A stretch of DNA of 64,000 nt. It comes from Octopus vulgaris. Taxonomy: Eukaryota. The stretch is taken from NCBI GenBank assembly GCA_951406725.2, contig OX597817.1, forward strand, positions 26,970,001-27,034,000. Reading direction: 5' to 3'. The notes under the pieces are model-generated. The model did not search any database. It was not told the DNA's origin and worked only from the letters and a program-made list of their open reading frames with translations. Below, piece by piece: positions 24,706 through 38,492 of the stretch. Made by a program: the position numbers and the translations under genes. Numbering within the stretch: the first letter of the stretch is position 1; the number at the start of each line of letters is the position of its first letter.

Positions 24706-25069
24706 ATGCACGTCTTTGTGCGCATACACACACTCCCATCTGTACGAGATATAACTTAATATTCATATGTTTGTGCATCCAGTTTTCTGTATTGACCGCT
24801 TGGATTTCAACAGTTGGATTTGCTCAGTTATCTTCAGAAATTGTTGAAGCTGTTGAATTACTGTTGAATATACGTTTCTGATACTATTGATATAACTGTG
24901 AAATGGAATTGCTTTTGCAGCTTTGTAAATGGAAGCGAGCCAAGCAATTTTATGTAGCATAAAGATGTAAGGAACTGCCAGTGGTTGATTGTGATCATGG
25001 TTCCTTGCTTCAGTAGTCCATTACTTTAACAACTCATCCATTGCTCTTTATCTTTCATGCATCTTCTGG

Positions 25070-25090
25070 TATACATATACATACATACAT

Positions 25091-25148
<58 letters not shown>

Positions 25149-25284
25149 ATACATATATGTGTGTGAGTATGTTTGTGTGTGTGCGTGCATATATACATAA
25201 ACATATACACATTTATATATATACACATATATACATACATACATATATATATACATGCACACACATATATACATACACACACTC

Positions 25285-25380
<96 letters not shown>

Positions 25381-25492
25381 ATACATATATATATTCATAT
25401 GACACATACATATATATACTTATACATATATATATAAGCATTTATATATACACACACACTCACATATACATATAGTTGTGTATGTATGTATA
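25070..25492. repeat. (TA)n/(CA)n low-complexity tract
   Basis: Seen directly. Confidence 0.95.
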
Positions 25493-26138
25493 CGCACTGC
25501 TTTTATATTGTTTGGAAATCCCAAACCTTTAAGAACTCATCTTAATGGTGGTAAATTTAATCTTGTTCCTGTGTCTTGGGTATCTTGAGGTTTGATTTTC
25601 AAAAGGAATGCAAAGAAAAGATTTAGTGCATGATTTTGTTTGTCCACATTTGCTCTGTTATTATCAAAATGAAACACAGTTTCTTCAGAATATATAGGGA
25701 CTTCTTAAAGCAGATGAAATAACACCAACACAGCCATTTGAGGCTACTTCCACACATAAACCCAAGCATGAACCAATTTCATTAAAGTAAAGCCTATGAC
25801 AAAGTGAATACTAGAATAAGCTTAAAGAAATCTAATAGAGATCTCATTGCATTCTTCAAACTGGATTCATTTGCAAACACTTTAAACTATAAGCAATATT
25901 TTTGGCTTTAAAGGAAGTCAAAATAACTATATAATATCAAACGGCCCATTAATAAAAGCCATCCCTACCAAATAAATTGTCCAACTCAAGAATCAACGTT
26001 TAACAGATATGTTCTCGGAATAAAGATCTTTTTAATATTTTTTTCTGTTTTTTTTTGTTATCTTTTATTTTGCAATCAGAGAATTCCATATCAGTGATGC
26101 AACAGACTAGTAGCAATATTTCAAATGACAAATACAAT

Positions 26139-26189
26139 TTAATCAACCTTGTCATATCCTCCAGTGAATAATTCCTTCTCAACTAATTT
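26139..26189 (-). CDS. Candidate terminal exon (phase 0): KLVEKELFTGGYDKVD*
   Basis: Strong acceptor ttttttttttctttacag; the other two frames stop immediately; AATAAA about 70 nt after the stop. Confidence 0.35.
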   Translation of the reverse strand, partial: KLVEKELFTGGYDKVD

Positions 26190-27176
26190 CTGTAAAGAAA
26201 AAAAAAATTCAGATTTTTAGTATATTTCTAGAACTTACAATAGTGAAATAGAGGAATTCCTGAATATTGCAGTTATGTATTCTGTCATACACTGGTAGGA
26301 TGAAAAGCTAGGTCAATCACAACAGGATTTGTACTCAGACTGAAGAGATTGAAATTATTTATGGTAAAAACCAGCACTAAAATAAGTACATGTGGAATCT
26401 AGAATAACACCATTAGAATTGCTAGAAATAATGGTCAAATCTCTCTCAAAATGTACAGTGCCATCTTTAAAAAAAGGAAAGGCATTAGGTAATGTAATCT
26501 GAGTTGAACTGTGTATGAGAAGACTGGATAGTCACAGCTGGAATGGCTTTTATTATGAACTAAAATAAATCCTGTTGAATAGCATTGTAACTGTAAGGGG
26601 AAAAGAGAAATGTCCATTTATCTATTAGTTCTTTGTACTGCATTCAAGGATTGTCTTCAGAGAGTATGCTGCAGGTTAAGTTTGTCCGGTAGAGCCAGTT
26701 CCTCTTTACAGGTTACAGCCATTATAAGTATAAGAATCAGAATGGTCTTGTGTTTAGGGTGCTTGTCTCATGATCACACAGACATGAATCCACAAACATA
26801 TTCCGGGAGTAGAGATAGTGTGTTTTTGTCCTTGAGCAAGGTAATTCATTTTACATTGCTCCAGTGTATTCAAAAGTATTCAGTACCATGTGAGACTTTC
26901 CTTCTGGCTATCACATTCTGAATGATTCAATGGGTCAGAGGTGAGTGGACAGAGAAACAATCTGTCTTCTTGCAAATTTACAGTGACACCTAAAGCAATT
27001 AACAAAAGTATGGTTACACCTTATCATCTCATATTTGCTCAGGTGAGGTGACTGGCTATATTTTAAGTATTTAGTCATCGATAAGCATGGTGATGAAAAA
27101 AAGGAAAGAAATGGGATAATGCAAAAAAATGGAAACTGCAATGCTATATTTATTTTTTACAGAGACAAGGTAATGC

Positions 27177-27356
27177 AGAGGCAGTACTGTGGGTGGTATT
27201 GGGCAGGGATGACTAGTCTACCCAAGGCAACGCTTTTATGGGGATAACCCTTAAAAAGGGATCCTTTCACAATACAGTATATTTTATGTGGGTGTCTAAG
27301 TGGGGCAGCAAACTCAAGGGTTGTCCCAAGCAGCACACACTTTAGCTATGTCACTG
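27177..27356. mobile_element. Possible old hAT-type MITE
   Basis: 3' end tagctatgtcactg resembles the reverse complement of CAGTGGCGTAGCTA TIRs; 5' end poorly matched. Confidence 0.3.
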
Positions 27357-28674
27357 TTTAGGGATACTAATATAAGGGTAGGGAAGAAGATTTAATATTG
27401 CAACAAATATGGAAACACTGAAAGAAGTCAGCCTTGCAGAAATTGTCAACATCAGAATGTAATAAAAAATAAAATAAAATCATTTTTATTTATATAAGAA
27501 TACATATGTATTTCGTTTTGGGATTTGGTTTGCAAGATTCTTTATGTGAGTTCGTGTGTTGAAGCATATTCTGTTGTGTCTGGGGAGAGTCATTTTCTTT
27601 TTGTACCTTATAATGTAACACACCCACCGGTAAAATTTCCACTTATTTCTTATTTTTATTTTATTTTTATTTTTATTTTCCTATACATATACTTATTACA
27701 TATGTATATAAATAGAAATTGTATACAATATACAGATTTTTTTTTTAAATGCAAACACACTTGAATGCATTTGTATGTAAGCATAGTTGAGAGGAACAGT
27801 CACAGAGTCATGCTTTCTGTTATCTGCTGAGAACCCACAAAGGCCTTACAAACAACCACTTCTTTCAGATATCAGATTAATTTGTTAAAAATATTAATTT
27901 GTTACCCAAAATAAAAGACAAAATTGTTAAAAAACAGAATGGCTTTTCTTAATTATAAACACGATTCTTCTCTATTGAAGATGTTAACTACAGAGTTAAC
28001 ATTTTAATTACATGAAAATATTAAAATTATTTTATTTGAAATGATACTGCAAAACTGTGATTTTTAACCAGCATATCACAAACACTTGCCTGTTAGAGCA
28101 AGATAATACAAGGATATTACAGAAATTTACATGGATATAACCAATATTTAAATTTGTAATGAATTACCATAATTATCATAATTATTCTTGAAGGTTATCG
28201 TCTAAGCAAGCCAAAGTAAACTAAAATAATGAATGGTGGAATCAGTTGAAGATAAGAGAGCAGTGGAAAATAGGGAGTTGTGGAATCAACCTTATCAAAA
28301 ATCTTCACGATGCTGAAAGGTCATGTGAGAGAACATACAATTTGGTGTGCTCTTTCTTTTCATCTATTCTGTTTTTGCTTGCTACATGTGAAGAAAGGAT
28401 GATAGACTTAACTATCCAGTCAGGTAGCCTTTATTGGATGTCACTCTGATGTAAGCATTCAATCTATCTACCTCACTTCATGTTCTGCTTTGTATAGATC
28501 AAAGCTTTGCATTTTAGCTTTTACCTTCATTCCTACCACTAGTTTCAAAGTTCATAAAAAAGAACTTGGGGGTTGTCTAACCTCCTCGTTAGGTTTGCAG
28601 AACGTGCAGTGCCTATAACCTTCAAAGATGCTCCAAACTGAGGAAACTGATGCTGATAACACACCGCATAAACT

Positions 28675-28942
28675 TGTTGTTTGTTCCTTCTCGAGCCATG
28701 CCTGGCTCACAAGGGCCAGTTTCCCGGTTTCCTTGGTGTATAGGCTCCCCACCTGGATGGGACGCCAGTCCATCGCAGGTGAGCTGCAAGATACAGGAGG
28801 AAAGAGTGAGAGAAAGTTGCGACAAAAAAATCAGCAGAAGCTTAGGTGTTTCGCTCATAAACACACAGATCACTCAGTCTAAGATTCGAACCTGTGATCC
28901 CTTGACCGCGACTCTAACCACTAGCCCATGTGTCTCTACACT
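28675..28942 (-). mobile_element. SINE F (V-SINE-like)
   Basis: Reverse complement contains CTGCGATGGACTGGCGTCCCATCCAGG; TSD gcataaact at 28666-28674 and 28943-28951. Confidence 0.85.
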
Positions 28943-29631
28943 GCATAAACTCATAAACTGTTGCTCACATCTTCACCATAAAGACATTAAATTTTCTAGA
29001 GATTTTAGACAGGTTTTAACAAGGCTGTAAGCATCTTTTATTTTAATATTTCTCTCAATTTGCCTTACCTCTCTCAATTATAATTTGAATTTAAATGAAT
29101 GGCTGTGTCATTGCACATCAAATCCTTTGACAATTTTGCTAACGATAAATTAACAATTCAATAACGTGTAGATTTATTTACTTATTATATATATTTATTT
29201 ATTTATCTATTTTTGATCATTTGAACCACTGTGTGTGTGGACCATGTTTTATTTGTTCACAAATATACATATATATATTTATATATATATGTGTGTGTAA
29301 TTACTGACTAAACTGTAAAAATATACTCAAAACAAAATAAACAAATAAAATAAATTTATTCTTTTTTGAAATTTAAAGCTTAACCATCCAATCTATTTGC
29401 AGTAATTTTACACCTGTTAAACATGGGAAAAAAAAACAGTGAAAGTCGATTCCTGACTGTTGAACCTTCTGAAAGAGATGACAGAAGAGTGCCAATAAGT
29501 GGTGAGATGCTGTGCTTCTGCTGCTGCTGTTGTTGTTGTTGTTGTTAAGCAACAAGACAGGTATTGGTGATTAGGGGATGGTCTAGGGCTTAGGGGCAGG
29601 AGAGCCCAGATCTTGCAAAAAAAAACTTTGG

Positions 29632-29780
29632 TCATCTTGTAGTCGAGGGCTCTTCGTTGATGTCTGACACCACTGGGAGGTGGCCTTGAAGTCGCTGGAA
29701 ATGAGGATCTCCTGGTCCAAATTCTTGAATGGCCTGCTGCTGCTGCTGATCATGATGGGGATGATGATGGTGAGGAGGAT
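29632..29780 (-). CDS. Candidate terminal coding exon (phase 1): (D)PPHHHHPHHDQQQQQAIQEFGPGDPHFQRLQGHLPVVSDINEEPSTTR*
   Basis: Acceptor gtttccttgtcatcctttgccag; GC-richer, non-TE sequence with natural-looking codon composition; phase-0 frame is also open to 29583. Confidence 0.5.
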
Positions 29781-30021
29781 CTGGCAAAGGATGACAAGGA
29801 AACAATATACACTTGAGGCAAATACATTAGTCATCAATTTGGTTTCTCAAAGTTGTGTGTCATTAAAGAGGTAAAATGAATGCATTGATAGAATATTGAA
29901 CTACCGATAAATAGGTAGCAAGATCCATTGAGAGAATGTAGATGATGAAATCAATAGAATGGCCAGCAAAATGCTTAGGAATCATTATGTCCTATCACAG
30001 ATGTTACATACTGTCTCTAGA

Positions 30022-30031
30022 TATCATCATT

Positions 30032-30085
<54 letters not shown>

Positions 30086-30403
30086 TAACATCTGTTTTCC
30101 ATGCTGGCATGGGTTAGATGGTTTAACAGGAGCTGACCAGCTGAAGAGCTGCCAAGGCTGGGTCTGTTTGGGGTATGGTTTCTTTGGCCAGATGCCTTCC
30201 TAATGCCAACTACTTTTCACAGCACTGGCATGGGTGCTTTTAATGTTGCACCAGCACCCAAGAACCCACAAGACTAGGAATATTCAGCAGGAGAAAGATG
30301 CTGGGGACATGCCTGTATGCAAGGACGACCACACTTTTGCTTAGCTTGACATGTTCTCACAGGCACACTAAACTCCCAGGAGTCTCAGTTTCCTGTCATC
30401 TCC
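30022..30403 (-). mobile_element. Family C-related RTE 3' end with (CAT)n tail
   Basis: Similar to 18485-18890 and 47065-47461. Confidence 0.75.
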
Positions 30404-30414
30404 TAATTTGTTTC

Positions 30415-30650
30415 CGTTGTGTAAACACCCCCAGACAATGAAGTAGGCTAGCCCAATACATAGGCATAGAGGGAGAAGCCTAGACGTCGACAGAGTAGAG
30501 GAGTCGAGCACAGTTGGGTAGCAGTCGGGGACCAGGAATAGAGTGGAGTAGAGTTGAGTTGAGTAGAGGCATCCAAATGTGCGACATAAAGGTGGCGACG
30601 AGGATTTTCGTAGCTCACACAGCCACTGTGTAGTATTGCGATATAACAGT
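30415..30650 (+). mobile_element. LTR-like segment followed by a tRNA-Ser(GCT) primer-binding site
   Basis: ...gcgACA at 30586, then TGGCGACGAGGAT at 30593-30605; CpG-rich relative to the flanks. Confidence 0.5.
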
Positions 30651-32020
30651 TTCAAACATCACAACAAAGCCAAGCTGTGGCACTGCCTTCAATACATTTA
30701 ACTTCTACATCCATAGCAAATTTGATGTCGTGCTTTGCTTGAAGAAAAATGATAGTGTTACTGAGTCCAAATCTATTGTTAAGGAAATCTTCATTCAGTG
30801 GTTCAACATCCTCACCAGGAATAGATTTACTTCCAATTTACTACTACAGAATTTACAATTGAGTAGGAAATGCATAGAAAATTGATATTAGTTAGGATCC
30901 AAATTACTACATAATTAAATAAAATGACATAATTTGCGGATTAATGACAGTCATTTTATGAATTCATTTAATATTTCTTTACTTTTTCTAAATTAATATT
31001 TTTTTCTTTCTTCCTTCCATCTCATTTTTATTAGAAATATTCTAAAAGATAGCTTAAGCTAAACACTTTACCTTTATAATTTTCTATGTTATTACTTTGA
31101 GTATTATCCTAATCTCAAGGCTTTGTAATCATATTTAATTGAATATACTACAAATATACATGTAGAATTTTGTATATTATTCTAATATGTATATTAATTT
31201 GTACATACTATAAGTTATTATGACATTTCGAGCCAGACTTTAATGTGTAAAATATATTCTTGTTCATGAAATATCATTGAGAGCCTTATAAATAAAATCT
31301 ATCGTTTCAGATCTTTTATTTAAATCCATAGCTGTCATTTCAATGAGGACTTAGTTATATTTAGTTCTATGGATCATATCACACTTGAAATAGTCTTGTT
31401 GTGATGCATTTCACTTTACTACCAAATATATGTGTGTGTATATGTATCTATATAAATATGAAGCCGTTTTTATGTTTAACAGCTTAAACTGATTTGGTGG
31501 TTCTGTTCATTTATGTCAAACTGTAACGTGGTAATTCATTGGAACCAATAAAACAAATGCTGTAGAAAGAGAGAATGAAATATAATAAAATTAGTCATAT
31601 AAATGACTAAAAGTTGTGACAGTGGTGTCCGAGCTTGGCCACAGTCCAATGACTGAAGCCACAAACAGAGTAAAAGGATATACTTCAGAAACATGTAGCA
31701 AATTTTCTAAAGATATAATATAAAGCGTTATTCTATCTAGGAGTAACACAAATTAACTTATTTAGAAGTTTGAGGTTTCATTATCAACTTAATATCAGGC
31801 AGAATTCCTTTTTCTTCTATGTATGCTTTGGCCAGTAAATTCTCTAATTATTCTCATTCTTTCACAATTATTCGTAGTTATTTAAGGTTGTTGGCAAAAA
31901 TTTGATTTTCCTACAAGTAACAATTACATTAATTACCTACAATAAATGCAAACTCAAAACGAAATGCACGTGATTGTTGTTGTTGTTGTTGTTGTCATCA
32001 TTATGATTATTATTATTTCA

Positions 32021-32480
32021 AGGTGGCGAGCTGGCAGAATCGTTACCGTGCTGGGTGAGGTGACATACTTAGCTGTATGGTGCCCATTGCTGTGTTCTGA
32101 GTTCAAATTTCACCGAGATCAACTTTGCCTTTCATCCTGTCAGGGTCAATAAATTAAGTACCTGTTGAGTACTGGGGTCAATGCAATCAACTATCCCCCT
32201 CCACCAAATTTCAGGCTTTGGGCCTATAGTAGAAAGGATCATCATTATGATTATTAAAAAGGCAGCAAGCTGACGGAATCATTAGCATGCCAGACAAAAT
32301 GCTTAGTGGCATTTCATCTGTCTTGAAGTTCTGAGTTCAAATTCTGTAAAGATCGACTTCGCCTTTCATCCTATCAAGGTTAATAAAGTAAGTACAAGTT
32401 GCACACTGGGATCAATTTAACTGACTTATCTCTCCCCCCAAATTTCAAGCTTTGTGCCTATAACACAAAGATTTATTATT
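32021..32480 (+). mobile_element. Two tandem SINE B-like copies (older subfamily with a different 3' tail)
   Basis: ggcgagctggcagaatcg...gagttcaaat...tttgcctttcatcct...aaatttcaggc..tgtgcctata, twice. Confidence 0.8.
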
Positions 32481-32870
32481 TCATTATGTTTTGGTTTTAC
32501 TTTAATTTACACAAGTTGCAACCAAATCTCAACCAGAGATGTCTAAGGACAAGGTTTTGCATCTGAAAGTGCTAGCAGGGGAGGGGACATGCAACTGAAA
32601 ACTTAGGGGAAAAAACAAAAAAATATATGGAGACGAATTTACATAAAATATGTGAGGTGCCTCTAAATATGATATTTTGCAATTAATTTATTTTGGAGCT
32701 GTCAGTTATTTGGTCTATGCACTTATTTGCTCCTCTTGATATCATTCCAAATAACCCAGAAAGAATAACTTTCTCCTCCTCCCTATTAATCTTAGAGATC
32801 CTGTAAAACCCTTGGGAATAAATTACCTCAAGAATACAGGATAAAATTATATCTAACTTTTCCATTATTC
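32480..32870 (-). mobile_element. R4/Dong-like RLE retroelement 3' end (decayed)
   Basis: Minus translation GLFGMISRGANKCIDQITDSSKIN*LQNIIFRGTSHILCK parallels the 3045-3485 C-terminus; its 3' UTR matches 41900-41980. Confidence 0.6.
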
Positions 32871-33501
32871 CTCAGCTTCTCCAAATAATATTTTGTTTTG
32901 GGGAATCTGAAATCAGTGTTTGCAAGACAAGAATGAATTTTGAATGACTGAAAGCAATGTGAAGAATATTTGCAGAAAATCTGTAACAGGAATAGTGACA
33001 ATAATGTTTGTCTTGTGATTGCAATAAAATGTTCATATCCAAGTTTAATAGTGAGGATGCAAACATCATCCAGAAATTTATGCATGATAAATGTATGGCT
33101 TAGTGATTAAGAAGTTTATTACACGACCACAATTTTTCAGTCTCAGTCCTACAGCATGACACTTTGGGCAAATGTCTTTTAATATACAGTTGAGCGTTGG
33201 TTTTTTAACACCTCCAATCATGAATGAATCATGCTTTATCTCTTGTCTTTCTCATATTCATTTAATACAGTATAGCACCTTGGTTTTATGAATGCCTCTG
33301 AACATTTGTATATATATATATTTATATATAAAGCACGATTTATTCATGATCAGAGTTGTTCAAAATCCAATGTGCTACTGTAGCCTCAAATTGGCCATTA
33401 TCTTGTGAATGAATTTCAGAAGGAAAATGTTTACTGAAGCCTGTTGCATATATACATACTTGTGTGTGTGTGTGTGAGTGTGCATATATATATATATATA
33501 T

Positions 33502-33732
33502 TGGCGGTGAGCTGGCAGAAACGTTAGCACACCGGGCGAAATGCGTAGCCGTATTTCGTCTGCCGTTACGTTCTGAGTTCAAATTCCGTCAAGGTCGACT
33601 TTACCTTTCATCCTTTCGGGGTCGATAAATAAAGTACCAGTTACGCACTGGGGTCGATATAATCGACTTAATCCCTTTGTCTGTCCTTGTTTGTCCCCTC
33701 TGTGTTTAGCCCCTTGTGGGCAGTAAAGAAAT
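33502..33732 (+). mobile_element. SINE B inserted in (TA)n
   Basis: Family consensus. Confidence 0.9.
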
Positions 33733-33989
33733 ATATTTATATATATATATATATATACAGTGCATTGTGTTCTTGAGCAAAGCTCTTCATTTCATGTTTT
33801 TCTGCAATCGCTTTGTCATGTGACATGTAACATATTGTGCACGTGTATGGGTAATGTTGACTTGATGGAGAAAGTGAGCTAATGTGCAACAGAAACTTCT
33901 GATCACTATCCACAAATTATTTGTGCAGGTTGTTTGGATGAGAATTTGCAGAACTCTCCTCTGACATTTATGATAGGAGAGTCCATCAT

Positions 33990-34026
<37 letters not shown>

Positions 34027-34038
34027 ATGTATGTATGT

Positions 34039-34375
34039 GAAGGCGCATGGCTCAGTGGTTAGAGCGTCGAGCTTACGATCGTGAGGTTGTGAGCTCGAAT
34101 CCCAGTCCAGGCTGCGTGTTGTGTTCTTGAGCAAAGCACTTTATTTTTCACGTTGCTCCAGTTCACTCAGCTGTAGAAATGAGTTGCGACGTCACAGGTT
34201 CCAAGCTGTATCGACCTTTGTCTTTCCCTTGGATAACACTGGTGGCATGGAGAGGGGAGGCTGGTATGCATGGGCGACTGCTGGTCTTCCATAAACAACC
34301 TTGCCCTGACTTGTGTCTAGGAGGGTAACTTTCTAGGTGCAATCCCATGGTCATTCATGACCGAAGGGGGTCTTT
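34039..34375 (+). mobile_element. SINE D (tRNA head plus CORE-like core shared with E, distinct 3' half) in (TATG)n
   Basis: ggcgcatggctcagtggttagagcg...ctcgaatccc...cttgagcaaagcactttatt...ttgctccagttcactcagctg. Confidence 0.8.
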
Positions 34376-34434
34376 ATGTATGTATGTATGTATGTATGTA
34401 TGTGCAGATTTGCATTCTCGTGCATATAGTTATA

Positions 34435-34643
34435 TATCTAGACATGTTAATGTATATTTAAATAATAACTTTTGGTAAGTTTTACAAATTTTTACAGTTC
34501 CAGTGATGGATTGGATCTGTAGTCTTCGAATTAGCTTTCTCCTGTCTGGTTTTGAGAATCCTAATTTCTCAAGATTGGTATTTAGGTAGTGTGTTACATA
34601 TCTCAGAGCTCTGATAATTACAGGCATAAATCTGAACTTGTAA
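34435..34643 (-). mobile_element. RLE-type non-LTR retroelement C-terminus
   Basis: YKFRFMPVIIRALRYVTHYLNTNLEKLGFS...LIRRLQIQSITGTVKICKT; homologous to 54270-54390. Confidence 0.75.
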
Positions 34644-36067
34644 GTATGTATGTATGTATTTATGCATGTATGTATGTATTCATGTGTATAAGCATGCATG
34701 GTAACCAACATTGGTTTGTTTATATTCCCATAACTTAAGTTTGACCAAAAAGAACTGTAAGATAATGCAGCAAATTTTAAAATATGCACTGGAATTAATC
34801 TGAATGATCGAAATCTTCAAGGTCACACTCCATTATGGCTGCACTCCAATGAGTGAATTCAGTAAAAGAGCTGAAGAATATGACATTCCATTTGGTACCC
34901 TATCATTTAATACTTGACAATGACTAAACATCTAGGTTTTTAGGGTGCTTCACAATCAGTTTAACAGCTGGCATTTGATTTCCAGTTATTACTAGTGCTG
35001 GATTTTATTCATAACCAACCAAATTAACACTTAAAGGCACAGCCGACTTAAATATAAATGTGAACTACAAAGTGGAACATGTTCATTACTATGAACATTG
35101 ACAGCAGAATTAATTTATAAGTGATTAATTATTGTGCAATGTTGAACCTAATTTTTCATATGTGCTTGAATCATAGTAGAAGAGCTAACCACACAGACCT
35201 GTTTTAATTTTGTGTTACCACCAATCCAAATTACACTTGAATAAAAAAATGCATCTAATAACATTTCAGAATTGTTTGTAACTTGTGAAATACCTCTTAG
35301 TTGATTATCAAGAAGAAACATGTATGAATCATAAAAATTAATCACACTCCAGCAATTCTTTCTCCGATGAGAAGATTTTTATTCTACCCTTGATTAAACA
35401 GATAATGGATGATGAAAATATGCAAATACTCAAGTTTGGAAAATCCTTTCGTTTCATGTTAGCATGTATAAATGGATGTAAAGCTATTTCAGGAAGAAAG
35501 TGTAAAATTGTAAAAGCAAAAACAATCAAATAAGCTTTTATTGAAAGAGTTTAAGTTTTCTTTATGCACAGTCATTGTATACACCTTTAAGTTCTAAATC
35601 AAAAAAGATTTTGTGCTGCTGATATTCAGAGGATAAGCAATAAAACTCAATGATAAACCTCCCAGCATTATTATGCTAGCAAAAAGGAATTTCTAAGAAC
35701 TATTGTCCCACCTTAAATCTCATCAGTCATAGGATGAAATGCAGTTAAAGGGAATCAAGTGGGCGAATATAATGTTTAGATGACTGTTATTTCAAAATGG
35801 ATCCTTGAAATCTCTGCAACGCATAGTCAGAGTAAGAATCTAAGAAATGTATTTGAAGAGACAGATATAATAATAATGCATGAAGAATAACTGGAAGAGG
35901 AAATATACTCATGAAACTATTTTGATAACAATAAATTAAATGATATCGATAGCAATAGTATCATATTTTTTATAATGATATTCAATATCATGGGGAGACA
36001 AATTGCCATAATAATAAATGCTTTAAACAAACTTGTAAGGCTAAAGATTTTCAAGAAGTTTGCCAAG

Positions 36068-36255
36068 GACAGGCATGACTGTGTGGTAAGAAGCTTTCTT
36101 CTCAACCACATGGTTCTGGGTTCAGTCCCACCACATGACACCTTGGGCAAGTGTCTTCTACTATAACTTCAGGCCGACCAAAGCCTTGTGTGTAGATTTG
36201 GTAGACAGAAACAGAAAGAAGCCCATTGCGTATATGTACATATATATATATATAT
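36068..36255 (+). mobile_element. SINE A, 5' half
   Basis: Head to internal microsatellite. Confidence 0.8.
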
Positions 36256-37062
36256 GTAAATGTAATATGTGACAATTATTCGATAGCCATAATAAAACTC
36301 CGAATTTCAGATGCCTAGGTGGAAATCTACATCAGTTATCTGGCCATCAGAAAAATGCTATGAAAAATGACCGTTATACAAAGGGAAATTATAGTGTGAT
36401 TGACCATTATTAAGACAAAAGAGCTATTCGAATGACCGCTAAGCAAGGGGGTAAAGAGTTCATAGTATTCGCATAAGTGCGCTTGTTCATACCTACACAT
36501 GTGCACCCACACACCCACGTTGTAAGAAGTTTTCATCCAACCACTTCGCTCCAGCTTCCATCTTTCTGCATGGTACTTTGGGCAAGTATCTCTACTGTAG
36601 CCTCAGGCTTACCAAAGCCTTATAGTAGATTTGGTAGACAGATACTGAAGGAAACCTGTTGTATCTGCGTGTATATGTATATATATATATATATACACCT
36701 AATATAATAAATGCATAAACTAATTTCTGTGTGTCAGTATGTCACACTTCGACCCCCTCTCCCACTAGTCATTGATACTCCTACTACTGCTCATGTTTGG
36801 GTGAGAGTAATGGTAGACATAGAGAAGGTATTAGATTGGTGGCTGTGATGGTAATGGAGTGATAGTAATAGTATGAGCTGTAGTTGTGATAGAGGTGGAG
36901 GTGATTCCACTGAGCCCAGTACTTGGCTAGTGTTTTATTATACCAGTCCCATAGAGATGAAGCACAAAGTTCACCTCAGCAGGATTTGAACTTGGAATAT
37001 AAAAGGAACAAATATTTTTTCTATTTTTCTTATAATTTCATGTTTCTACAGCTCACTGCACC

Positions 37063-37192
37063 TAATAATAGTAATAAATAGCAACAATAATAATAATGAT
37101 GATGATGATGACGATGACGATGATTAAGATGGTCGGTGGTAATAGCAGCAGCCGTAGCGGTGGTGGTGGTGGTGGTAGTGGTGGTGGTGGTG

Positions 37193-37243
<51 letters not shown>

Positions 37244-37262
37244 TGATGATGATGATGATGAC
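37063..37262. repeat. Compound trinucleotide microsatellite (AAT/GAT/GGT/AGT)
   Basis: Seen directly. Confidence 0.95.
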
Positions 37263-37939
37263 TAACTTAATAGGATGCATTCAGGACTCTAAGACTGTAG
37301 TGCACTGAGTAAGAAGTTAGTGAAGTTAAAAGTCATTTGGTGTAAAATCCTATTGCAATATTTTTTTATCAGCAAGTGAACAATGTTTGCTTGCTTGCTG
37401 GCAAATAAATTCTTCTATAAGAGGAGAATTAGTTAGAAGGCATTTGAAGAAAAAAAAAAACAGAAATAAAAAGGAAAAGAAGGAAAATATATTAATTATA
37501 TAATTACTTCTAATATTCCTGACTAATTATGTAATGAATTGATTTTGGTTTCGGAATCAATGTCTGTTCATATAAGCTCCTTATTTATAAATTTAGCTCA
37601 CATCATTCCCACATTCTCAGCTATGTATAAATACCGTTCCAGATTAACATGGCTCTGTGTTGACTAACTCATGGAAAACATTAATTAATTCCGCTAAGAA
37701 ACAGAATTTTTTTCACTTACTGATATTTTATGCTGTTTTAAGTTGCTTTAGTTTTTATTAAGATCTGTTGACTTGATTTTAATTAGCAGAATATATTGAT
37801 GCTTATACCATATGTATGTGATCATTTCATGAGGTGTAGAACCTCAGGGTTGAAGTAGAAGGTGGGTAAGAATTTTTCTGTTTTAGTTTTTTTAGGTAGA
37901 TCCAGGAAGACACGGGGCAAGGTCGTGAAGCATATTTTT

Positions 37940-38492
37940 GAACATTGAGACTCATAGAGATGATGACAAAGGATTAAGGCCTTTGGTGATATTGTGCTTC
38001 AGAAGACCTATCTGGCCAAGTGAAATCATAGTGATGGCTGATACCTATTTCTTTACTACCCACAAGGGGCTAAACACAGAGAGGACAAACAAAGACAGAC
38101 AAACAGACTAAGTCGATTATATCGACCCCAGTGCATAACTGGTCCTTAATTTATCGACCCAAAAGGATGAAAGGCAAAGTCGACCTCGGTGGAATTTGAA
38201 CTCAGAACGTAGCAGCAGATGAAATACTGCTAAGCATTTCTCCCAGTGCGCTAACGTTTCTGCCAGCTCACCGCCTCAATGTGATGGCTGATACCAGTGT
38301 CACATAACTGGCACTCATGCCAGTGGCATGTTACAAGCACCAATTACACTCTTGGATTAAATGGCATTAGGAAGGGCATCCTGCTATAGAGCTAATGCTA
38401 AATCCCACAGGAACTTGGTGCACCTCTTTGGTTTACCAGTTCTAGTCAAACCATCTAACCCATGCCAGCATGGAAAGTAGACACGAATGATG
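37940..38492 (+). mobile_element. Family C (RTE ORF end plus 3' UTR), interrupted by SINE B
   Basis: gagactcatagagatgatgacaaagg...; ggaagggcatcc; aacccatgccagcatggaaa. Confidence 0.7.
38046..38276 (-). mobile_element. SINE B
   Basis: TSD gtgatggctgatacc at 38031-38045 and 38281-38295. Confidence 0.9.

Noticed and set aside
24783-24881. Possible plus-strand terminal exon [32 protein letters not shown]
   Set aside because: Weak acceptor, several frames and strands equally open, no recognisable homology
24394-25475. Long ORFs rich in Y/I/H/T/C/V (also 59685-60293, 12616-12991 N-termini, 62373-62693)
   Set aside because: Translations of (TA)n/(CA)n microsatellites, which lack stop codons
34039-34115. 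tRNA-like sequences as true tRNA genes (also 14785, 13239, 41652)
   Set aside because: Acceptor stems do not pair and each continues into a SINE body
35355-35400. FSDEKIF motif suggesting a Tc1/maT transposase
   Set aside because: Flanking residues do not continue the transposase pattern; probably chance or too decayed
36290-36345. Degenerate minus-strand HHR-like string (ctgatg...gaaa) in a repeat beside (TA)n
   Set aside because: Core and stems are too decayed to support a call
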